This document shows, one piece after another, positions 21,251 through 30,200 of a DNA stretch of 53,539 bases. Positions within the stretch are counted from its first letter, which is position 1. Every line of letters starts with the position of its first letter. Under the pieces are notes generated by a model that did no database searches, was not told the DNA's origin, and saw only the letters and a program-made list of their open reading frames with translations. The translations under genes were made by a program, and so were the position numbers. The DNA comes from an uncultured Methyloversatilis sp. Its GTDB lineage: Bacteria > Pseudomonadota > Gammaproteobacteria > Burkholderiales > Rhodocyclaceae. The stretch spans positions 1 through 53,539 of the forward strand of contig CAZZFN010000001.1 in NCBI GenBank assembly GCA_964653505.1, written 5' to 3'.

Positions 21251-22758
21251 AACTCCGCGACTACCAAACCTCCGCCGTCGATGCCCTGCGCCTTGCCCTG
21301 GCTGGGGGTGCTCAACGCCTGATGCTCTACTCGCCGACCGGCAGCGGCAAAACCGAGATTGCCATCGCCATCGTCAAGGCGGTACTGGCGAAGGGGAAGC
21401 GGGTCATCTTCCTGGCGAACCGCATTCACTTGGTCGAGCAGGCAAGCCGCCGGTTCTACGCCTCGGGAATCGAGCACGGCATCATCCAGTCTGCGAACAC
21501 GCGCGACACGCATGAGCCCGTCCTGATCGGCAGCATCGACACCGTGGCCAGGCGGGGCTTTCCTGACTGTGATCTGATCCTGATCGACGAGGCCCATGCG
21601 GTTGCTGGCTCGAAGAACTTCCGGGAAGTCGTGTTCAGAAATTCCGGGCGACACATCATCGGCCTGAGCGCGACGCCGTTTTCGATTGGCCTGGGGAAGA
21701 AGTACCCGGAACTCGGCGGTGAGGCGCTGTTCGAGCACATGGTTGTGGCAGCCCACATCGGCGAACTGATCGAGCAGGGCTTCCTTGTCGATGCCGACTA
21801 CTTCGCGCCGGCCGAACCAGACCTGTCCAGCGTCAAAACGACGCGCAACGCCTTCGGCGAGGTTGATTACAACGAAGTCTCACTCGGCGAGGCCGTCGAC
21901 AAGCCACACCTGATCGGCGATATCGTGTCGCACTGGTTCAAGCTGGCATCCGGTACGCCGACCGCAGTGTTCGCCACGAACATCGCGCACTCGAAGCACA
22001 TCGTTGAGCAATTCCGGGCAGCGGGCGTCTCGGCCGAGCACCTGGACTGTTACACCGACGACGACGAACGTAAGGCGATCCTGGCCCGCATCGCCAGCGG
22101 CGAGACGACGGTTATATCGAACGTCGGCATCCTCGCCGAAGGTTGGGACTTTCCGGCCTGTCGGACGCTGATCCTCGCCCGGCCGACGAAGAGCTTGATT
22201 CGCTACTTGCAGACGATCGGCCGCGTCCTGCGTCCGCACGAGGGCAAGGATCGCGCCTTGGTGCTGGATCATTCCGGTACCGTCAAGCGCCTTGGATTCG
22301 CCACGGACGACCTGCCGCTTTACCTGCATGACGGCAAGCCGGCCCAGCCCGGCAAGGGGCAGGAGCGAAAGGAGCCGCTGCCGAAGCCCTGTCCGAAGTG
22401 CGCATTCGTCAAGCCGGCGAAGGTGCATGTCTGCCCGAAATGTGGCTTCGCCCCCGAGCGCCAGTCCGAGATCGTCGTCGGAGACGGCGAACTGGTGAAG
22501 GTCAGGCGCGTCAAGAAGCCGATCCGCAAGGAAAGCGGGCAGTGGGTGTTCTCGCAGTTGCTCGGCTACGCGAGGACGCGCGGCTATCAGGACGGGTGGG
22601 CCTGGCACAAGTACGCGGAATTCTTCGACGGCCGCCATCCCGCCGGGCTGCGCAAGGTATCCGCCGCGCCAACGCCGGAAATCCTGTCCTGGATCAAGTC
22701 GCGCCAGATCGCGCACGCCAAGCGCCGCGACCAGGGAGGCAGCCATGCCAGCCAATGA
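21247..22758 (+). CDS. SF2 DExH helicase (RadD/YejH-like) with C-terminal Zn finger
   Basis: LRDYQ, SPTGSGKT, DEAH, LSATP, LAEGWD, QTIGRVLR, CPKC..CPKCG. Confidence 0.93.
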   Translation: MKLRDYQTSAVDALRLALAGGAQRLMLYSPTGSGKTEIAIAIVKAVLAKGKRVIFLANRIHLVEQASRRFYASGIEHGIIQSANTRDTHEPVLIGSIDTVARRGFPDCDLILIDEAHAVAGSKNFREVVFRNSGRHIIGLSATPFSIGLGKKYPELGGEALFEHMVVAAHIGELIEQGFLVDADYFAPAEPDLSSVKTTRNAFGEVDYNEVSLGEAVDKPHLIGDIVSHWFKLASGTPTAVFATNIAHSKHIVEQFRAAGVSAEHLDCYTDDDERKAILARIASGETTVISNVGILAEGWDFPACRTLILARPTKSLIRYLQTIGRVLRPHEGKDRALVLDHSGTVKRLGFATDDLPLYLHDGKPAQPGKGQERKEPLPKPCPKCAFVKPAKVHVCPKCGFAPERQSEIVVGDGELVKVRRVKKPIRKESGQWVFSQLLGYARTRGYQDGWAWHKYAEFFDGRHPAGLRKVSAAPTPEILSWIKSRQIAHAKRRDQGGSHASQ

Positions 22759-23626
22759 AATTAATCGGGCTGGCACGATAAAACGTCGTCGCCGCACCGA
22801 TGCGCAGGTAGAGCAGTTGGATCGCCAGATCATTGCGGTACTTCAAGCAGACCATCCGCAATCGGTTCGGCATGTGTTCTATCGCATGACCGATCCGCGC
22901 CTGCCTGAGCCAGTTGAGAAGTCAGACGCCGGCTATCGGCAAGTGCAAGATCGGTGTGTCAAGCTTCGGCGAACTGGACAAGTTCCCTATAGCTGGATCG
23001 CCGACATGAGCAGGCGCGGGTATTTCGTCAATACGTTCAGTAGCGCGGCCGACTTCATTGAACGCATGGCGGGCCTATACCGTGCCGATTTATGGAGTCA
23101 CGCCGACTACCAGTGCGAGGTTTGGTGCGAATCCAGAAGCATCGCTAGTGTGATCCAAGCAGATTGCAACGATCTGGCTGTTGATTTGTACCCATGCGGC
23201 GGATTTTCTAGCCTGTCATTCGCGCATTCAGCGGCAGAGGCGCATAACGCCAGTGGCGACAGGCGTCCGCTCATCATCGTTTACGTCGGCGATTACGATC
23301 CTGCTGGCGTGCTGATCGATAAGGCCCTGGAAAAGGAATTGCGGCTGCATCTGAATGACGGCATTCCGACGGAGTTTCGGCGCATCGCCATCAACGAAGC
23401 GCAGATTGCCGAGCACGCCCTGCCAGAAAAACCGCGAAAGGCTGGGGATGTCCGTGCGCAGCATGTCATGTCGACGGTCGAGGCCGAGGCGATGCCGGCG
23501 CACATCCTGCGTGGGCTATTGCGAGACGAGATCGAATCGCTGCTGCCGCCTGGTGCTTTGGCCGTAGCCAAGATCGCCGAGGAATCGGAGCGGCGCGGCT
23601 TGATGGAGTTGGCCCGCTATGCGTAA
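22745..23626 (+). CDS. Topo VI-A/Spo11-like TOPRIM protein (Mini-A-like)
   Basis: SVRHVFYRM (WHD Tyr motif), EVWCES, GGFSS, VYVGDYDPAG, RIAI, EAEAM. Confidence 0.65.
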   Translation: MPANEINRAGTIKRRRRTDAQVEQLDRQIIAVLQADHPQSVRHVFYRMTDPRLPEPVEKSDAGYRQVQDRCVKLRRTGQVPYSWIADMSRRGYFVNTFSSAADFIERMAGLYRADLWSHADYQCEVWCESRSIASVIQADCNDLAVDLYPCGGFSSLSFAHSAAEAHNASGDRRPLIIVYVGDYDPAGVLIDKALEKELRLHLNDGIPTEFRRIAINEAQIAEHALPEKPRKAGDVRAQHVMSTVEAEAMPAHILRGLLRDEIESLLPPGALAVAKIAEESERRGLMELARYA

Positions 23627-24527
23627 CGTGCGCGAAGCAGCGACCGGCCGCTGGCCCGGCATCCTCGCAGCGCTCGGCGTCGATGCCGGGCACCTGACCG
23701 GCAAGCACACGGCCTGCCCGGTCTGCGGCGGTAAAGATCGATTCCGCTTCGACGACAAGGGCGGACGCGGGACGTTCTACTGTTCCCACTGCGGGGCCGG
23801 CGACGGCTTCACGCTGCTGCAAAACCTCAAGGGCTGGGCATTCCGCGATGCCGCCCGCGAGGTCGAGCAGCTCGTCGGCACCGTGGAAGCCGGCCCGCCA
23901 GCGCCGACTTTCACCGAAGAGGACAAGCTGCGCGTCCTGCGCCGTGTCTGGTCGGAGTCTGCACCACTGCACGATGGCGATGAGGCAACGCGCTACCTGG
24001 TCGGACGCGGACTGCATGTCGACCTGCCCATGTCGGCACTGCGCCTGCATCCCGGCCTCGTCTACCGCGACGGCGGCGACACGCTCGGCAAGTTCCCGGC
24101 GCTGGTGGCGCTCGTGACCGGGCCGGACGGCAGGGGCGCGACGCTGCACCGGACGTACCTGCAAGACGGTCGCAAAGCGCCAGTCCCATCCCCGAAGAAG
24201 CTCATGCCGGGCAAATCGATCAAGGGCGCGGCGATCCGCCTGCATCCGGCCGGCGACGTGCTCGGGGTTGCGGAGGGCATCGAGACGGCGCTTGCTGCCC
24301 GGCAGCTTTTCGGCGTACCCGTCTGGTCGTGCGTCTCCGCTCATGGCATCGAATCATTCATTCCCCCAAAGGAGGTTCGCAAGGTGATCGTATTTGGCGA
24401 CAACGACGTGAGCGGCACCGGACAGGCGGCAGCCTGGGGGCTGGCCAAACGCCTGATTGCGGTAGGCATCGCGGTGGAAGTGAATATCCCTGATTCAGTC
24501 GGGACGGATTGGGCGGATGCGATATGA
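23619..24527 (+). CDS. primase (Zn ribbon plus TOPRIM)
   Basis: HTACPVCGGKDRFRFDD..CSHCGAGDG; VAEGIETALA; FGDND; DWAD. Confidence 0.92.
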   Translation: MRNVREAATGRWPGILAALGVDAGHLTGKHTACPVCGGKDRFRFDDKGGRGTFYCSHCGAGDGFTLLQNLKGWAFRDAAREVEQLVGTVEAGPPAPTFTEEDKLRVLRRVWSESAPLHDGDEATRYLVGRGLHVDLPMSALRLHPGLVYRDGGDTLGKFPALVALVTGPDGRGATLHRTYLQDGRKAPVPSPKKLMPGKSIKGAAIRLHPAGDVLGVAEGIETALAARQLFGVPVWSCVSAHGIESFIPPKEVRKVIVFGDNDVSGTGQAAAWGLAKRLIAVGIAVEVNIPDSVGTDWADAI

Positions 24528-24892
24528 CCAGCCAGCCGCCGAAGTTGCCCAGCATGTTCGAGATGCTGCTCTCAGCCTCCGCCAGCGCCGCCCAGGCAAA
24601 GGCGGACGCCGAGAAACCGGCATGGCCGCCGAACCCATTCCCGCGCGGAATGCGCGACGGGAAATGCACGGATCGCGTGCTGGCCGAATTGAAGCGCGCC
24701 TACCCTCAGCACCTGGAGCATGGCCAGCTTCGGATGCGGCTGGGGCTGACGCGCGGCATGGTGACGTGGGGGTTGCGTTATCTCGAAGCGCGCGGCCTCG
24801 TCGAGCGTGCCAGTGATCCTCGGAACCCTCAGTTTCGCCGCTGGCGTGCTGTCCTGCCGGCGCCGACTTTCGGAGAAAACCGCCATGACTGA
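24524..24892 (+). CDS. winged-helix DNA-binding protein
   Basis: LRMRLGLTRGMVTWGLRYLEARGLVER; ATGA overlap with primase. Confidence 0.65.
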   Translation: MTSQPPKLPSMFEMLLSASASAAQAKADAEKPAWPPNPFPRGMRDGKCTDRVLAELKRAYPQHLEHGQLRMRLGLTRGMVTWGLRYLEARGLVERASDPRNPQFRRWRAVLPAPTFGENRHD

Positions 24893-25163
24893 TCCGCTTA
24901 CCAACGCCGCCGTACTGACCGCCGAGATCGGGCTCGACATGCTCGAAATCGCCGTGCGCGACGCAGGCGACCTCGAAGCCGATGCCCGGGCCCTCGTCGG
25001 GACGATCCTCTCCGGCGAGGATGCCATCGGCCACGCCTACCGGATCGCGGCATCCGCCGCCGAACTGGAAGCGAAGCTGCGCAAGATGGCCGACGAGGTT
25101 CGCCCGCGACTCAGCGAAGTCATCGTAGCGCACCGCGACGACAGCGCGACGGCTGTTCATTGA
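24885..25163 (+). CDS. hypothetical protein
   Basis: GGAG RBS; 92-aa helical ORF MTDPLTNAAVL... Confidence 0.7.
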   Translation: MTDPLTNAAVLTAEIGLDMLEIAVRDAGDLEADARALVGTILSGEDAIGHAYRIAASAAELEAKLRKMADEVRPRLSEVIVAHRDDSATAVH

Positions 25164-25191
25164 AACCAGAAAACGACAGGAGGCCCGAACG

Positions 25192-25539
25192 ATGCCCACC
25201 GAATACCAAGACAGCCCCGAGAAGAAAAAACGCGCCAGCGGCCCGAAAAACAGCCCTGCGAAGCGTTCCCGCTCAACCAAGCGGGTTTCCGGCTATCGAC
25301 CGAAGGCAAGGAGTGCGTTCTACCAGGTCGCCGCCGAATTCAAGCGGAGACATCCGAAGGCCACGGCTGCCGATGCCTGGCGTCATCTGATCGCTGTCGC
25401 CGAGACCGGCGCGCATCCCGTCATCATCGCGCACTATCCGGCCGCTGACGTGCTGGAGTACCGGTCTGACGTTGAGAAGATCGCGACACGACGGATCAAG
25501 TTCGCGTCGTTCGCCTCACGCTTATCGCGGCTCGCTTGA
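25192..25539 (+). CDS. basic hypothetical protein (possible DNA-binding regulator)
   Basis: AGGAGG RBS; K/R-rich N-terminus; last ORF of the replication block. Confidence 0.65.
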   Translation: MPTEYQDSPEKKKRASGPKNSPAKRSRSTKRVSGYRPKARSAFYQVAAEFKRRHPKATAADAWRHLIAVAETGAHPVIIAHYPAADVLEYRSDVEKIATRRIKFASFASRLSRLA

Positions 25540-25562
25540 TCTTTTTCGCAAGCGTCAATTTG

Positions 25563-25578
25563 TCGTGCCATGCGTGGC
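25563..25578 (+). repeat. 16-bp direct repeat, copy 1
   Basis: TCGTGCCATGCGTGGC, identical to 32281-32296. Confidence 0.85.
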
Positions 25579-25609
25579 AATCTGCCCGAAACTTTCTCAA
25601 GGGGCCACC

Positions 25610-27226
25610 ATGTCACGCAAGCGCAGAAGCGGCATCAACGATTTTCTTCAGGGGTTCGTGTCGACCTACGGCATCGGCCGGAAGATCGCGCAGGACATTC
25701 GTGACGACAGCATGCGCAACGAGCTCGCCAGCATCAACGACGTGCGCGAGACGCAAGTCGCCAGCGGCGACGAAGCGCAGAAGGCCGGCATGGACGCCTA
25801 CAACGCCGCGCTCTCTGCCGCCGAGACGCCAGAAGCGCGCGCTCGCGTCGAGCAGGACTATGCGCCGACGCTGGCCGCGCTGGAAGCCGAGCAGGCCCGG
25901 CCGGCGAGCGTGGCGCATTCGTTCGGCACCGGGCGGAACTACCAGCAGGTTGCTGACAGGTCTGTATTGCCGGATGCGCAGGCGCTGGCCCGTGCCGGCA
26001 TCTACTCGCGTCACGGCCGCGAGGACGATGCGACGCGCACCTTGCAGAACCAGTCGCGCCGCCGCGAGATCGCCGATCAGCAGGAACTGCGTGCGGCGCT
26101 GAACCCGCAATCCAACCTGCTCGCCGGCACGACGACCGACATGGCGGATGTCGTCGGCGGCATGCAGCCGCAGAGCGCCGCCGGCCGCCCCGATGTCGTT
26201 GCGAAGACGGGCATCCCCACCGCCCGCGATCCGCTCGACCATTATCTCCGGGAAGTCGCCCCCAAGGCCGTCCAGACCCTCGTCAAGCAAGGTCGTGTCG
26301 CCGAGGCGAAGCAGTATGCCGACTTCCTCGAAAGCCGCGAGGGGCTGAGTTATGCCCGGGCCTACACCAGCGGACTCAAGCGGTTCGCCGTGGGCGACTA
26401 CGAGGGCGCGATGGGGTATTTCGAGAAACTTTATAACGACGACCTATACCCCGATGGCCGCCGCGTGAAGATGACGCCGAGCGGCGAGGATGGACTTCGC
26501 ATCGACCAGTTGGACGCGGAGGGCAACGTGATCGCCTCGAAGGAAGGCAAGCTTGCCGATCTGGCCGAGCAGGCGGCGCTGATGCTGAATCCGTTGCAGG
26601 CGGTGAAGTTCATCGCCGATCAGAACGCCAAGCGCCAGGGCGAGGCGGCGACACTGGACCGCCAGATTCAGCTTGAGACGATGCGCCAGCAGGGCCGCGA
26701 GACCGCCGAGGATCGCCGGGATGCGCGTCTCGACAAGCAATTGGCGGCGACCGATGCCAGGCTGGGCCGGCAACTATCGGCCATGGACGCCCGGCTCGGC
26801 AAGCAGCTTGAGGCGCGCGAGCGTGGCGGCGGGCTGACCTTGACGCAGCAGCGCAGTAACATGGAAATCGACGCCGCCCGGGAGATGATCGATGGACTGA
26901 GCGATGACGGCATCCGCAAGCGCACGACGCCGACGCTGCTCTCAGGCCGGGAAAATCCCGACTACGACATGGCCCTCGCCCGGGCCGCGAAACTCGCCAG
27001 CCGGCGCAAGGTCGGCGAAGACGAGTGGTTCGACGAGCGTCAGGGCCGCCAGCCTGCCGCCGCCGCGAAGCCAGCCGGCACGCCGAAGGAACGCGCCATG
27101 GCTGCGCTGGCCGCCAATCCCGAGACGGCCGGCTACACGCTGGGCGACCAGACGGCGCAAGGCTTCAAGGTGCTCGACAAGAGCGGGAAGCTCGTCGGCC
27201 ACCTCAAGCCGGAAACGAAGCGATGA
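25610..27226 (+). CDS. putative ejection/internal virion protein (538 aa)
   Basis: Ala/Gln/Arg-rich helical protein; amphipathic N-terminus INDFLQGFVSTYGIG; coiled-coil with 3x11-aa repeat; directly upstream of the polyvalent protein. Confidence 0.6.
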   Translation: MSRKRRSGINDFLQGFVSTYGIGRKIAQDIRDDSMRNELASINDVRETQVASGDEAQKAGMDAYNAALSAAETPEARARVEQDYAPTLAALEAEQARPASVAHSFGTGRNYQQVADRSVLPDAQALARAGIYSRHGREDDATRTLQNQSRRREIADQQELRAALNPQSNLLAGTTTDMADVVGGMQPQSAAGRPDVVAKTGIPTARDPLDHYLREVAPKAVQTLVKQGRVAEAKQYADFLESREGLSYARAYTSGLKRFAVGDYEGAMGYFEKLYNDDLYPDGRRVKMTPSGEDGLRIDQLDAEGNVIASKEGKLADLAEQAALMLNPLQAVKFIADQNAKRQGEAATLDRQIQLETMRQQGRETAEDRRDARLDKQLAATDARLGRQLSAMDARLGKQLEARERGGGLTLTQQRSNMEIDAAREMIDGLSDDGIRKRTTPTLLSGRENPDYDMALARAAKLASRRKVGEDEWFDERQGRQPAAAAKPAGTPKERAMAALAANPETAGYTLGDQTAQGFKVLDKSGKLVGHLKPETKR

Positions 27227-30200
27227 GCGAGTTCGTTTTCAAGCCGCTCAAGCGCGAACCCGAGGCGGGAGAATTCCGCTTCGTGCCGCTCGGAAGCGAA
27301 GGCGACAAGGGCGAATTCACCTTCACCCCGCTGGAAGCGGAGCGCCCTTCGGCATTGCGCAATGCCCTGTTGAACAATCCAGCGACCGCGCTCGCAGAAA
27401 CCGGGATCAGCCTCGCGACAACCGGCGTGGCGATGCCCGTCGCCGGCCTGGCTGGATTGGCAACCGCAGCAGCGAATGCAGTCGGCCTGACCGACAAGAC
27501 CGGCGCCGACGTGGTTCATGCCGTGGGCGATGCGCTGACGTATCGGCCGCGCGGCGAAATGGGGCAGGCCGCTACCGCCGCCGCGATGGCGCCGTTCGAG
27601 AAGCTGCATGAGGCGGCGACATGGGTCGGCAACAAAACGCAGGACGCGACCGGAAGCCCCGGCGCTGCGACGATGGCGCATACCGTTGTCGAAGGCATTC
27701 TGCCGATGGCTGCATTCCCTGCTGCCCGAGCCGGCCGGGCGAAGTGGCAGGAGCATGCAGCCACCAAGGAAACACCGAAGCCGACAACGCCGGACGCACC
27801 GCTGGCCGATGCCGGGGCACCGGCGGCGGAGTTCAAGTTCACCCCAAGTGAAGAGGTTCGCAATGTCGCTCAAGAAGGAGTTCCCAGCGGAGTATCGCGC
27901 GCTCCACGCAGCGAAAACCCGTTGCCGCAACCCGAACTCGCCGGAGTTCCACAATTACGGCGGGCGGGGGATCAAGGTCTGCCCGAGATGGGAGAGCTTC
28001 GAGAACTTCCTCGCCGACATGGGGCCGAAGCCGAGCCCGGAACTGGTGCTGGGGCGCCTGGACGTGAACGGGGATTACGAGCCGACGAACTGCGCGTGGC
28101 TGCCGATCCAGCGCCAGACGGCGCACCGACGCTGTTGCCGCCGGATCATCCTGGACGGCGAGGACGTGACCATCAAGGAAGCCGCGCGCAAGCTGAACCT
28201 GCCCGATCCGACGTTCCGCGAGCGCCTGCTGAGGATCGGCCTGCCGGTCTCGGCGGCGAAGGTGCGGTGGCTACCCAACCACAGAAGTTCGAGATACATG
28301 GAGCACAACGGCAAGCGGCAGACGCTGGCGGCATGGGCGAAAGAGGCCGGCATGCCGTTGCATCGGCTGCGGAATCGCCTCAACTCGGGCTGGCCGCCGG
28401 AACTGGCGCTGCTGCCGGGAGCGTTTCAGGGCCGAAAACCGCCCGCTGGGCACTCGTTGAAGCCGACAACCTGAAAGCCTCGCACGACGCCCGGATGAAC
28501 CCAGTCCCGGATCATCCCTACAGCCGTCGCAACGCAACGCGGCATGAGCAGGAAATGGCCGTCTCGGGGATCCTCAGGGACTTCGATCCCAAGCGCCTTG
28601 TCGACGCGATCGATGACGCGAACGGCGCGCCGATTGTCGCCCGCGATGGCACCGTGGAGGCCGGCCAGCGCCGAGCGCTTGCGCTCCAACGCGTCTATCA
28701 GGCGAACGGCCAGAAAGCCGCCGACTACCGCGCCCACCTGAAAGACCGGGCACCGCACCTCGGCCTCGATCCGGCCGCCATCGATGGCATGCGAAAGCCC
28801 GTCCTCGTCCGCCTTCCCGATCAGGAAGCGCCGCGCCGTCCCGCACCAGATCAGGCCGGAGTGATGGACATGGCCGGCGAAGTCCAGAATGGCGCATGGA
28901 ACCCCGGCGCGAACTACGCGCCCTTCGTGGATCAGATGCGCACGCCCGAAATCAAGGCGACCAGCGTTGCCGACCTGCCGGCCCCGATCCGCCGTGAGAC
29001 CATCATCAAGGACTTTGCCGACGCCCTGGGCGCCACGGTCTATGAAGGCCGCGTGAAGGGCAAGAACCGCCTCGGCTTCTTTCGGCCGAAGAACGAAGAG
29101 ACCCGGATCAAGAACGCCGCCGACATCGAGGTTGCCGCCCACGAACTGGCCCACCTGATCGATAGCCGCGTCCCTGAGTTGTCCAAGGCATGGCGATCCG
29201 ACAAGGCGCTGCGCGAGGAATTGAAGTCCGTCAGTTATAACCAGAAGAGCGTCCCTGAAGGATTCGCGGAAGGCGTCCGCCTCTGGATGACCCAGCCCGA
29301 GACGCTGGAAGCCCGCGCCCCGAAGGTGGCCGCCTGGCTTGATGACTTCGCCGCCCGGCATGAGTACGGCCCAGCGATGAAGAAGGCGCAGGAACGCATG
29401 ACGGCCTGGTTTGGGCAGGATGCGCTGAACCGCGCCCGCTCCAAGATCGGCACGGAAAAGCCCCTCGCCGAATACTTCGACCGCGCCGGCGACAAGTTCC
29501 GGCAGGCGACCGTCGATGACCTTCATGGAATCATGCAGATGGAGCGCGACCTGACCGGCAAGCTCTCGCCGGTCGGCCCCTACGAAAGCGCCCGTCTGTC
29601 TCGGGCATCGGCCTCGATAGCAGACGGAGCGGTGCGCTTCGGCCATCCGGTGAAGAACCCGGACGGCTCGTTCAAGTTCGCCGGCAAAGGATTGGAGGAC
29701 ATTCTGAGGCCGGTTGCCGAAAGCCTCGACGACGCGCTGCTCTACTTCGTCGGCCGCAGCGCACGCGAACTGCACGGCCAGGGGCGGGAGCACCTTTTCA
29801 CGATGGACGAAATCGACGCCATGCTCAAGCTCAAGACGCCGGAGCGCGCCAAGGCGTTCGCCGACTATCAGGAATGGAACCGCGGCATCCTCGACTTCGC
29901 CGAGGCGCAGGGCATCATCAATCCCGAGACGCGCCGGCTGTGGCAGCGCACGCAATACCTGCCCTTCCATCGTGTTGAGCAACCCGGCGGCCTCAAGGGC
30001 AAGCCGGGAGACTGGCAGGGCGTCCAGGCACTGACTGGCGGCACGACGAACCTGCGCGACATCCTCGGCAACATGGTCTCGAACGCGGCGATGCTGCTCG
30101 ACAAGGCCGTGAAGAACGAAGCCCGCCTGAAAGTCGCCGACCTCGCCGACAGCACCAAGGCTGGCAAGTGGATGGTGAAGATCGAATCCGGCGAGCGGCC

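Noticed and set aside
27840..28480. Group I intron or intein around the HNH gene
   Set aside because: The HNH gene is out of frame, so not an intein, and no flanking intron core is visible. RT-PCR would be needed to exclude splicing fully.
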